64,000 bases of DNA, taken from positions 26,598,001-26,662,000 of the forward strand of contig OZ004611.1 of assembly GCA_963924565.1 (NCBI GenBank), in the 5' to 3' direction. Positions 1 through 16,200 of the stretch are shown piece by piece; position 1 is the first letter of the stretch; each line of letters begins with the position of its first letter. Made by a program: the position numbers and the translations under genes. This DNA is from Ascidiella aspersa. Taxonomy: Eukaryota. The notes below the pieces were generated by a model that saw only the letters and a list, made by a program, of their open reading frames with translations, searched no databases and was not told the origin of the DNA.

Positions 1-74
1 GTTGAAAGGATTACAATACGTGGTAGATTAGGCCTTGAAGTATTGCAATTTAACTAAAAGGTGCACTTTTTCAG

Positions 75-4103
<4,029 letters not shown>

Positions 4104-4753
4104 AAGGGTCACGTTTGTCTAAAAAGAGACTATTTTTTGTTGTTGTAAAACCCTTGTCGGTGAATTTTCCTTTTTCAACGGAAACTCTATTATTATTAAA
4201 CCACGAGCTTTCAACTTGTTCTATATTTAACTCGTTGTTTTACATGTTGCAAAATGCGACCGGGTATGATCGTTACAATGCGTCTCAAAGCCTGCCGATT
4301 TTTTTAGCCTTTCTGTTTCTTTTTCGTGTAAATATGCGGCAAGTTTTTGCAACCCACTATTTCTAGCGTTTCGTCTCACTGGCACATTCTCTTGCGTACT
4401 TAGTGTATCGTGTAACTGCGTGTGACGTCAAGAGGGAATTCCACGTACTTGTTTGCGAACCTGTTAACACCGTACTACTAACGCCTGTTGTGTAAGGCGA
4501 TTGCTGATTTACTTTTTCGTTGCAGTTTTAACCGTTGTCGCATTTCCACGAGTCTGAACGTTTCTGCCGCGTGTACACAATAATAACGCCGTTTGTACTT
4601 TTTTTCTCGTACTTTTTCCGTCTGCGCACACTGTTATACTTTCCAGACGCTACACAGAACCTTACTTCCCAAAGCGTTACAAATAACGTCAGTTTTATGT
4701 GTTAATTTCTGTTTGCTGAACGTACTATTTTCCGTTGCTAGTTGCTGCCTCCC

Positions 4754-4758
4754 ATATA

Positions 4759-4789
<31 letters not shown>

Positions 4790-4820
4790 GTGTGTGTATA
4801 TGTGTGTGTGAAATATATAT
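4754..4820. repeat. (TA)n/(TG)n microsatellite in probable ZEB 3' UTR
   Basis: Direct run of atatat followed by tgtgtg. Confidence 0.9.
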
Positions 4821-6294
4821 CGTAAACGTTAACAAAGCCGCCACTATGAAGTGCCTGTTTTTTTCTTCACGTCTAATTTTTTTGTTTCGCGCGTCATTTT
4901 ATTTTGCCCGTTTGTGCTGCCACCATTCTCTTTAACGATAGAGTGCCGCCACCCCATCTCCACACATTTGCAATACAGGCACTGTTACGTCACAGAGTAC
5001 TAATTTTGCGTTTTGTTTATCTTCAAACTGCATATGTTTTACCGCGCCTTTCTTCACAACTGTTTTGCGCCGGAAAGCATGCAAAACAACGATTTGATGG
5101 CTTCATTACCTTAACCATACTCCCTGTCTTCAACGCTAGGCTGTCTATTCCATCTGTTTGCGGCTTTACTATTTGCATGGCAATTACGGACTGTTTTTTT
5201 ACTGTTTTGCATGCCTGTCACCTTTTTATACAAACTTCCTACGAAAATTGTTGCAATAATTGTTTAAAAAGCCACCAAAAACATGCAAGTATGAACGCTA
5301 GAACGCTGACGACGGCGTTAAATTGTTGCTAGATTTTTCAGATAACAATTTAAATGGATTAAACCGAAGCGCCTAAGGTATTACCTGTTTTTCTGAGAAC
5401 GATTTTTACTAAAACGCTGTAGCGTATTACGTTACTGTTAAAAGCAATACCGTTGCGGTAATAATAGCAATATTTTGAAATGTTACGTTTTCCTTATCCC
5501 TTGATGTACCAATTTTTTTAATTTGGCAAAAAATGTATTTATTTTTAACTGAAACGTTTCGTTCAAATGTTACACACAGCGCCAAACAATATTGATTGCA
5601 TGTAATCGCCGAATCGAACCAAAGCGATTGCACACTGCCTTTTTCTGAAAATAATTTTTTCTTCATTTTTTTGGTGGGGGGTTAACAGGGGGGTTCATTA
5701 AATCTTAAACAGAACTGTGCAAAAAGGACCTAAACTGATATCAGAACTGTAGTTAAAATAGGTGCTCTTTACAGCACTGCTCGTTTTGCTCAACATAGCA
5801 TTTTCTTTAATTAACGCTAATTCTGTTTCCTCGAACAAAACACACTCAACACATCATAATTTTTACACTTGTACCTTTGTGTGCATTCAATTCCTGTTCA
5901 TCTTACCTTTTTGTTTATCGATCGTGAATTTACTCTTTTTTCGCTCAGTGAATATATTAAAAGAACAAAGTGAAAAAATGGAGAACCTGTGTTTTTTAAG
6001 CTAACCTCAGTAGAAATCAGACAAAGAAATATAGTAACAGTTAACTCTCGACACTTTTGAGAAGTGGTGTTTAAGGTGTGATAAACAATGCATTCTGACA
6101 AAAATGTCACATAGTAAAATATCAGAGCGCTACTAATGCATTCATACAAGCTGAAAAAGTGAGTCTGCATGTTTGGTAATTTTGCAGTCTCAAAATACTA
6201 TGGGCAACAGTGATGACGCAAAACTTTAAAATCCGAAATTAAGTTTCCTATTTTGGCCACCAATGGTGAACGTTACTCAGGAAAAGTAAGTGTA

Positions 6295-6576
6295 AACGTG
6301 AAGTAAAGAAGGTAAGGGTTGTGGCCAGGTTCTACACCTTAGCCAAAACGGAGGGCAGGAATTAAGCCTGAACAAGTCAGTAAACGGTTTGAGCCAGTCA
6401 GGCCAGTAAATGGTCTGAATCAAGCCATTGTATCCACTAGGGAGAACAAATACCACAAATAATAAGGTTGACAACCTGTTTCCACTAAAGCAGGTGCCGC
6501 CTCGGAGGTAGGGCCCTAGTTGGAAGTTGCAACTCCTCATTGCATGCGACAAACGTGTTAACCTTAGAGTTTATGG
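6295..6576 (-). mobile_element. Possible degenerate SINE interrupted by a hAT MITE
   Basis: GC-richer island. The minus strand has a weakly tRNA-like head (ggttaacacg...gttgcaacttccaact) and a ccttaccttctttactt-type tail. Pol III boxes are degenerate. Confidence 0.3.
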
Positions 6577-6783
6577 GAGTGGTTTTCAACCAGGGTTCCG
6601 CGGAACCTTAAGCTTCCGCTAGTACAGTCAAGGGGTTCCGCAATTCCTAAATTGTTTAGCTAATAGAGGTGTGTTTATTACACTGGGGTTCCTTGAGCCA
6701 GTGGAATTATTGCTCTGGGGTTCCTCGAGCCAGTGGAATGTTTCCATAGGGTTCCACTCCAGCAAAAAGGTTGAAAACCACTG
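6577..6783. mobile_element. Non-autonomous hAT-type MITE (207 bp)
   Basis: TIRs gagtggttttcaacc / ggttgaaaaccactg; perfect 8-bp TSD gtttatgg (6569-6576 and 6784-6791). Confidence 0.85.
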
Positions 6784-7330
6784 GTTTATGGTGTAATAGT
6801 TTTACAGTCGTAAGACGTTTTTAGATATTATAATTATTTGTCTTTAGTTATACTGCCACCAAAAGTTTCTCTAGGAAAAATGCCAGGATACTACTCCACT
6901 ACTCCATCAGGTCAAAGTTTCCTATTTTTTAGGTCAAAAAATAATCGCCCTACTCAGAGTGAAATCGGATCACTAGCTCCATCTAGCCGTCGACGATTTT
7001 TGCGCGTGTGCTGAAATGTTTACTAAATATTAATAGGGTGTATCTTTATGTAACCCCAAAACTGTTGTTTGTTGCCGATTATAATGTGCATATTAACAAA
7101 TATAATCTTCCCTGGCGTGTATATTCACTAATATATATATTTTAAAGTTAAAAAATCGAAATAAAAAAATAGATCACACTTTTGTTAAAATGTTTAAATA
7201 ATTTGCCTAAAACCGCATATTCAGTCCCTGTAGTTAAAGTAACATTCACACATGGCAAAGTTATAACAAAATAAGTTACAACAAATAATTAAAAATAAAA
7301 GCAGTTCGTTGCAAGTTAAAGCCTAAACAA

Positions 7331-7828
7331 ATGAAACAACCGAGGATTAAAAAGCTAGCTCACGAACTTGTACAGAAAATACAAATCATCCTTTTCCGCG
7401 AAAGGTGTAAAACTGAAATGGACTTCACAGATGAGCAACGCACTGTCCTTCGCAATCTCTGTTTGGACGAAGCGATCAGCATCTGCCAGCCGGACAAATG
7501 TAATGGTCTTTGTTCTGGCCAGTCAAGCTTACGAGGAGAAGATTTAGTCTTTTTAAACGACTCAAACAGGTTTGTTACCACCAAAGATGACAATAACCCT
7601 CGAAGCTTGGTTGTTTTCAGGGGAGCCAGAATTAAACCAACCGCGGCTCATAGCCAAAAAATTATGGCGTTCATAAAGTATACACAAGGTCAACAGCAAG
7701 CGACAACCTATTCAGGATTCACGTGCTTCTTTTCGGAACCACTTCGGAAAACAGTTGAGTTAATTGTTACAGCCAGTACGCCAACATATGTTCATGACAT
7801 CTTACGACGTGTACCGCCTATTTACTAA
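7331..7828 (+). CDS. Intronless ORF, 165 aa, unknown function
   Basis: True ATG in aaacaaATG context, long open frame in AT-rich DNA, protein-like composition. No family recognised. Confidence 0.4.
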   Translation: MKQPRIKKLAHELVQKIQIILFRERCKTEMDFTDEQRTVLRNLCLDEAISICQPDKCNGLCSGQSSLRGEDLVFLNDSNRFVTTKDDNNPRSLVVFRGARIKPTAAHSQKIMAFIKYTQGQQQATTYSGFTCFFSEPLRKTVELIVTASTPTYVHDILRRVPPIY

Positions 7829-8683
7829 CATTTCAGTTAAACATTAACAAGGAGAATACACTAATGTAAGGACTTGTACTGTAGCTTGATAACGAATATC
7901 CAAGTCAAAAAGGTCGAGAAAATGGACATCATCTCGGTATCGTTTTGATACGTACTTATACCATCATCATTTATTGTTACTAAAATACATTTGAACGTCA
8001 CTTGTAAAAGGCGCTTTATCAAATTATAAGAACTGCGTTTCCCTTTTTATAAGTGAGGTTTGAACATATTTTGGGCAAAATCACTGATCATGATACTCGT
8101 ACGTATATAAGGAAGGTGTTAAGCTATCTAAGTTGAAAAAAATGCTGAACTGAAGTTGCAATGAGATCACGTTTCAATTTTTAGCAAATTTATACACGCA
8201 AATCGACGGAGCGCAATTGGGCTTTTCTTCTCGCCCCGAAATCACTGAAACTCAGCACAACTCATATTTTACGCCAATACGTCGATGACATTTGTTGTAT
8301 TTTACAACACTGACATAGTTGAGGTTTTTCTATGTATTTTAATGCCATCCATCTCACAATCCAGTTTACCTGGTAATTAGAAATAGAAAACAGTCGACCA
8401 TTTATGGATGTGCTAGATCTAGTCACCGAAACTTCAATCGGACACAACACTAATGTGTAATCGCAAACCTATGCATACAAGCCTATTTCCTTGGTGGTTT
8501 AGTTTCGTGCCATTTAGATACAACCTGGCAAACAACGTACTACATCACGCATAGAGCATTTGCAACGCATAAGAAGGTGGTATGTACTTCGAATTCTGCA
8601 ACATTTCCAACTTGTTAATGATAAATGGCTACCCCAAGCAGTTTATTGACAATGCAGTTCACAGGTTCACTATATATCATGAC

Positions 8684-8807
8684 CAGGTTTTTTTTAAGGT
8701 TTGGTTTGGGTGACCGCTAAGTAGTTTTAAGAGACCGCAAGTGTTTCATTTAACTACCAAAAAGTTGGGACCGTTTCGGTCCACCAAAACACCTTAAAAA
8801 AACACTG
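8684..8807. mobile_element. Non-autonomous hAT-type MITE (124 bp)
   Basis: TIRs caggttttttttaaggt / accttaaaaaaacactg; 8-bp TSD atcatgac (8676-8683 and 8808-8815). A related end occurs near 31884. Confidence 0.8.
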
Positions 8808-10267
8808 ATCATGACAATGAAACTCCCAGTTCTAGGCAACACATTAATAAACACATGCAAAAAACTTACTGATTTAGTAGTTAAGTTAATCTTTAGCAAC
8901 CAAACCACACCCATTAGTTATAATTTAACCGAAACACCACCATCATGTTTTACATCTTTCAGGCAATTTCAACAAACTGCTATATCATGCGGATTATCAT
9001 GTATTGGCCAAACAAAGCATAATGTCAACTACGCATGGATAATCACGACCCTCCGTGAAACGGGCAACAGGACGCAGACGTACCCAGGCATTTAAATTTC
9101 AAGTCTGGTCACGCCATACAGTTTAAAATTTAAGGTTTTAGCGTCAAGTGACGATTGACGTCCTCTGTTAATAAAGGAATCATCGAAATATCACGTAACA
9201 ATCCTAAGATCAACGCAGACCAAGACTCACTACCACTTTGCCTTTTCCATATCTAAGTCACGTGGTTGAACCTGATCAGCCAAACATTCTTCTCCGAATG
9301 CTTATTCTGGCTACATGTGTTGATATAAGTGTTATTCTCTTGTGGTGCGTTTTCCCTTTATGTATATCTAGCTGTGTGCATAAAGTGAACCAGTGTTTCT
9401 TTAACAAGTTTAAAATTATGAAAAATTATTCACAACGTTCTAACTATGCTACCTACTTCTGTATGGGATTTATTATTTAACCACAACTTCCAGCCATTAT
9501 GCTCCAAAGGAAAAGCACGGTATGTTTGTGCGGACGTGATTTAGGCTGTAAAGTCAATGGCTTCACATTTATCGAGCAACGTGGGTTTTTGTATACCAAG
9601 TGTGTCAGGTCTCTTTTTAAGTAACAGTTTTAGCGATAAAACCAGATAACAGCAATATGTTTTCGCGCGTCGCGCAATTTCAACAGTTACACATTTGAGC
9701 ACAAGATCGTTCTCGAACTGCAAGCTTGTGGAAAATACCTAAATTATGACACCAAATTAGGATCCCAATTGTAACGCCATATACAATGAAAGCTGTTTTA
9801 AACAAATTTCCACCTTAAATAGAAAAACTTGATCAGCCCCTGGTGGTCTATATTATTCTGAAGGATATCTTTGATTCTTAAAATTCGACTTTTGTTTTAA
9901 ATTTAAACCAATTAGCAATTGTTAGTGTAAAATTAGAATACATAAAACTAAAAATGTTATGTTACATTAGCCGCAGCTCATGTGCGCGTTTCAATTTTAT
10001 TTATTGTGACATTACAGTAAACGATTTAGTCTAAATGGTGATAAGAGTTTCGCAAATTAATTACTAATCTTTCTTGAAAGAGTTGTTTCTAAATTATTTT
10101 GGCTGTCAGCGCAATGTTATATTTGCCCGGTGTAGCACCACAGCTTTTGTTCATTGCAGTACCATTCCCACGCATCTTGCCTTTTTTGCTTCGTCCTGAA
10201 GAAGTAAATCTGCTACCACAAAACACTTGAACGCGTCATATCGTATCATTGCTTACGAAACGAAGTT

Positions 10268-13200
10268 ATGGCAGGTTATTTGCATTTGACGGTTCTTGCT
10301 ATTTTTACTTTTTTGGCTGTTTGCGACGGTAAGTATGGATTAGCCTATATTGACTTGTAATGAAATGCAAAAACTGAAGATTGAATAAGCGATCGTCAAT
10401 CAAACTTTAAATTAAATTGTATAGTAAATGTAAAACACTGTTATCAGTTGGTTGTGGTCGAATTTATAGCAAGGTAATGTTGTCCTATAGTTTTAAACGT
10501 GGTATTCGCGAATGTCAAGTGTTTTTATAAAGATTTACATGGGTTAATTGTATGGAAGTTGATTTTTGCAACCTTGGAATTTTTACCTGTTAGTGACTAT
10601 AGCTGCGAGTGAATATATTTAAACTTTTGAAATACTTTACGGAAAAAACGTTGAGGGCCCCGTTTTATTTGATTGTACAATTGCAACATAAAGAAATGCT
10701 TTTTATTATATATTTTTAACAGGGGTAGAAGGATTAAATTCGACAGACGCAGATGTTCAAACTACCAACAACAGTATTATAAAGCCAAATGCAATTCAGA
10801 AGCTACCACAGTATGACGCCTGCCACTATTTTAATCCCTGTTTAAACCAGGGAAGATGCACTTCAGAAGATATGACCAGGTATGTGACTGACAGTGTTAC
10901 ATCTATGAAATTTTCAGTAAGCTAATGTTTGTTCCACTGAGCATAAATGTTCTACGGGGTTAGTAAAGGTTACGAGTGAATTACATATTATGAATTAGTA
11001 GATTAAGTGTAACAGCTTTACATTCGCAAAAACGTACTCAAAGAATATACGGTTGCTGCCAGGCATTGTTTTAATTGTAAAATTATTCTTTCAGCAAAAA
11101 ATCTTTAAAATGCCAATATTACTGCAGCTATAGGCGATAAAACAAACTATATATATACCAGGTAACAACAGAGGAAAACAGGTTTAGAACCCTGACCATT
11201 GTGCTTTGTTTTATAATACAATTCAGCTATTTTACAAGTGCGCAAGAATCCATTTTTTTTCTGCTCAAATGGTCTGGTGGTTCTGCTCATATGCTTTGTT
11301 GCGTACCTGACAGAAGTGTCCAAAACCTGTGGGTGCGACCCCAGTTGCCTAAATTTGTTTGTTTTTCCCGAGGTCGCCTAAAATTTTTGTGAGGTCGCCA
11401 TAAAATGATCATATTTCCGTTTTAGTGCTCATTTATGTAGTTTTTTTTACAATGACGTCACACTAATAAACGTGACTGGGTGCATCTTCTACATAAAATT
11501 GCTGCTTTAGCTCTTAAAAGCTGCTAAATCATCTAACGTGACATTTAACAAAAATTAGCTTTGATTTAGCGTTTGAATGTTCGCAAATTGTTTCCCTGCA
11601 ACATTATTCCAATCAATTATAAATAGGGCTGCTTTAAAAAATGGTTTGTTAAGCGGGATTCAGCGCAATGAGCATATTATTCATGAAACATCGTAGGCCT
11701 ATATCACGTAGAAATAGAGCAAGGTCAGTGGTTACGTAAAGTGGATGCCAAAATTAGTGGAGAAACTATGCAGGCGCAACCATAGCACTGAATGCATTTA
11801 TTTTTGACACAAAATGAAATCTTTATGTTCCGTCGTGTGTTAAATTCAAATTTATTTTGTTGTGTACAATGTCCGCTCGTACTATTGCGTTTCAGCATTA
11901 TTTAAAATATTTTTATTCGTATTAGAAATCAAAATGGGGTTACAATGTAAATTATAATTGCATTTTATTTAAATTGGGGTCGCCAATTAAAAAGGTTGGA
12001 GGCCACTGCCCTAGAGTGAACACTGGTGATAGCAAGAAATTTAACAAATGCCGAATAAATACTTCGGCAACGAATGTAAACATTGTAGATTCAGATTTAG
12101 TAAAAAAAAGATCTTAACATTTATTTTCATCCGAGAATATTGACTAAAAAGACTTGTACCAAAAATAGCAGGCACAAAATAAAAATAAGTTATGGTTTTA
12201 CCAAATTTTTTTCCAACTTCATAAACACGTGGCTTTGTCCGTTATGACTTGACCCTACAGATTAAACTTTCCTAAATAATTTGTTTTTTTTACACGGCTT
12301 GTAGTAAATTTATTATGTTAACGTCCTTGCTATATAAAGCAAAATATACAGAAGACAAGAAGAGATCATAGTACTACCCTTTCTTCCCAAACCTGAAAAT
12401 TCTATAAAAAATGATTATTTTGGGGGGTTGTTGTGGATTTTACACGACACTGATTTTATTCATTTCGCACTTTAAAATTTAAATTTTCACGTTCTGTAGT
12501 ACTTCAATGCTGCAGCATGCCTCTAATTGAAAGCGAACCAAAGCAGTTTTCCTTGCGTCAAAAGGAAGTAACGAATGACGTGAGAGAAACCAAAGTCTCG
12601 CATCCGCGGTTGGAAAAACCAGAAGTTCGCCTTTGGGACTTTTTCAGAAACAACTTTCTCAAAATACCGAGCAGCGTGCACTCGAACAACATCCTGCATT
12701 GCGTAACATTATTGAACAAGCTGCGTCTTGTACGTTTAAACCATCAGGGGTCGGCAACCTTTTTCTAGTCGCGGGCCAAAACCAAACTCAGAAAGGTCTC
12801 TGCGGGCCGCACAACATATGTTAACTGAGATTTCGTGTTACCACAATTTTAAAACAACTGTAATTTAGGCGGGCCTCGGATTTGTTTGCATTTTAAAAAC
12901 GTGCTTAATTACATTCAGGGAGGTACAGTGTTGGCACAAAGCGCAAAATAAGCGTTTGCTTAGTTTGAAATTCGAGTCCATACGTCGTCATCCAAACTAC
13001 TAATGCAAAAATGTAATAGAACTACTTTAAAAAAACGCGATAATTTAACAGTTAATCTATTTTGATGTGTGTTAACCATTGAAATGGGGAACAACTAACG
13101 AGCGAAGCGAGCCCGATTTTTTTTAGTATAACTTTTCTCTTAAATTTCTTCCTAGTTTTTATTACATTTTCACAAAAATAATAGTTAAAAAATTTATGTC

Positions 13201-16200
13201 CAATATTTTTTAATACGTTTTCCGATTGTCCGCGACGCACTTGGCAGCCTTCCACGGCGCAACGGTAAAGAAGCGCTGATCTAGTTAAAAAAAAAACAGC
13301 ATCAGAACGTAAATAAAAACGGACGTAGAAAGAACAATCGCGCGAAGCGCAAAAAATTTTCGCATTTATGTAGTTAAAATAGTCAAAAAGTATGAGAAAT
13401 GGACTTGTGTCCAGTTTGTCCAAGAGGCGGCGGGCCGGATGAATTACATTGGCGGGCCGGATCCGGCCAGCGGGCCGTACGTTGCCGACCCCTGGTTTAA
13501 ACTAATGCAAGACATCACCGCAAACGCAGGACTACTGTCATCGTACAATAGGATGGGATATTACGAACTATCACCCAGTTGTGTAGCAATTTACAGACTG
13601 CCTGGTTAACCGTTTGAACTCATAAAATGCCATTCCGACAATACAGTATTGAACTTAAAAAAATACAATTAAAGCTAGAAGGTCTTCGTTGTAAGATTTG
13701 AAAGTGCCTATAAATATCTTATATCGCGATTAAATCATTTTCCGTTATTTAAATCGTCACGAAAAAAGGTATAAGTATAAGTAAGTAACCTGTCCCATTT
13801 TCTACAAAAGATTTCAGTATGGTCGTATAAAGCAAACATTTGTGATTATGAACTTTCCGCTCGTTTTTATTTCCCTAATAACTGGCTTACAAATTTCCCC
13901 TGAATTTTATCCCTCGAATAAGAGAAATAGGGCTTTCATAGATTGTAAGGTTGCTGTTACGTGTTCACTAACACATTAAACACCTAAATTAAATAATTAC
14001 CTTAAGCCAAAGAGTTCGTTTTATTATTAAGTTATATTACGAATTGATAAATAGGGTTTTAGATTACGCGTTCCAGCTTTCGTTTACCAAACATTTTTTT
14101 AAGTTACGATGATGTAATAATTTCCGTTTTATTGTAAAGTAGTTCGTCGATTTATTTGCAAAATTCCCAAGTTTTCTCGTTTCAAACTTGACATGTACCT
14201 GTAATCTCTTAATCTAAAACAGTCATTCTTGCGGGCGGTGTTCTCACGCTCTGCTTGTTTTGCTGGCGTCCCACTCCCGCTGCAATTTGGCCTTGGAGTG
14301 GGCGCTGTAATGCCTAGCCATGTTTTCAGAGTGCCGGCCAGTCTTATTGGCCAAATAGACGTGTAACTTTCTCGTTTTATATACCGTGTCTTAGCGGTTT
14401 TTCGCGCAGTCTAAGCAGTCTGCGCAGCCTTAAGCCAACAGTGGCTGCCATAGGCGGTGACTGGCTGTCTCACGTTTGCTTGAAAACAAATATGCGTTCA
14501 TTAATGCTTTTTGATAACGATTTAATTAACATTGTAACAATAGAATTTTGATTGGTATTTTAGTTGTGGTTATAACAGGTAGCATTTCTGACCAAAAATT
14601 TTCGCAAACCAAATAGAACTCACTCGGTTGCGACCCGCCTGGCAGCTGTATAGGGTTAGGCGCCAGGCCCCAGTACACAAGTCGCGGTGGCGCAACACGT
14701 GTTTGGGGGGAGCAACAGTTGCCATTATGGATGGCCAACCAATACCCTTTTATCGCAGCCGATCCTGTGTATGCGCCCCAGGGTACAAAGGCTCCCGCTG
14801 TCAATTCGTCGATTTCTGTCACGGGGACCCTTGTGGAGAGCACGGCGCGTGTGAGAGTCAAAGCCTGGGCTACGTTTGCAACTGTCGCGGTGGTAAGTAA
14901 GCAGAGGTGAAGAAAACGCGAAGACATTACAAACGACGGAAAGCATATAAGTCTAAAAAGTTGCACAATACCTAACTAACGCAAAGAATTATGTATTTAG
15001 GAACAAAAGTTTGTGTAAGTAACTAGAGTCCCCTTGTAAAGAGTGGAGACCCATCCCAATTTTTATACCCTTAAACTTTTCCGAATTCTGTTATTATTGT
15101 CAGTATTTAGAGAGAAGTGAAAATAAGTGGCTAACAGTCATTTAGGCCTACCGCTTCTTTTATACATCAGAAATTCTAAAAATTCGGAAATTAATTATTG
15201 ATTAGTAATTAGGACCTCACCTGGATCCGAACCCAACCGTTTTGCAAATTTGCTAACAGTCACCTTGACTTATATACATAGGCCTTGGTTAAGTCAGAAG
15301 AATACGAAAATTACTTTTATCCGAGATGGAGTAAGAGTCGTTTTTTACGTTGGGTATTGGGTGCTATTTATTGGAATTGGAAACGCTTTACACTTACAGA
15401 TTCTATTTCTCCATTTCCCTAAACGTTCAGCAGATAAAGTACAGTTAAATATTGATTATTTAAATGCCGGGGATTATTTTACATGCATTTCAAATAGCAC
15501 ACTAATTTTTGCAGATTACGTTGGCAAGCAGTGTAACTTGACTAATCCTTGTCTGGAAACCACATGCTTCAATGGCGGTATTTGTAGAGTGGACTCAACC
15601 ACAGCGAAATGCGACTGTCCGGATTCGTATTCGGGAAGGCATTGCGAGATACAATGCCGACCTACCACTGTAAGTATGAAGGGACTAAGTACGAAACTAG
15701 AATAACACTAACGTCGAATAAAACATAGTTCGGAGTAAGACCGAAAATAAGTTCCCATAATAAATATTAAAAAACAAAATTTAAATTTGAATAAGACCTA
15801 AATGTATCAGAATCAGTTCTACCCACATTTTATCTTAACGACCTACATCTGTACGTGAGCATTATGTTTTTAGACTAATATACTCCGTATTATATACGTA
15901 ACTTAAATGAGAAAAATTAATTTGTGCTGAAACCATGTCAAGGTAACATAATGATTTAGGAAGCTTTTGAATTATACATGATTTCGTTGGATTCGTTCCA
16001 CGTGTGCAACCTGGACAAATTTTTGTAACCGAAATATGTCCGATACTTGACACGATACCGATACCCGATATTTTTGGCAAAAAGTATTGTGTCCGATCGG
16101 ATGCGGAATGACATCATTCCTTTGATAAAACAAGCAAAATTGATAAAATTCAAAAGTTGAGAAGTAATTTTTTTCAGGTTATTAGGCCACCCTTCACTTA

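Noticed and set aside
4104-5500. miR-200-family seed sites expected in a ZEB 3' UTR
   Set aside because: I did not find CAGTATT or CAGTGTT by eye, and the UTR end is undefined. A computed scan is needed.
4115-6170. Several 66-142 aa ORFs downstream of ZEB
   Set aside because: Mostly non-ATG starts and F/L/C-rich translations of T-rich UTR and microsatellite sequence.
13052-13423. 123-aa minus-strand ORF as a transposase fragment
   Set aside because: No transposase motifs, and the frame is not preserved in the second copy at 25369-26122.
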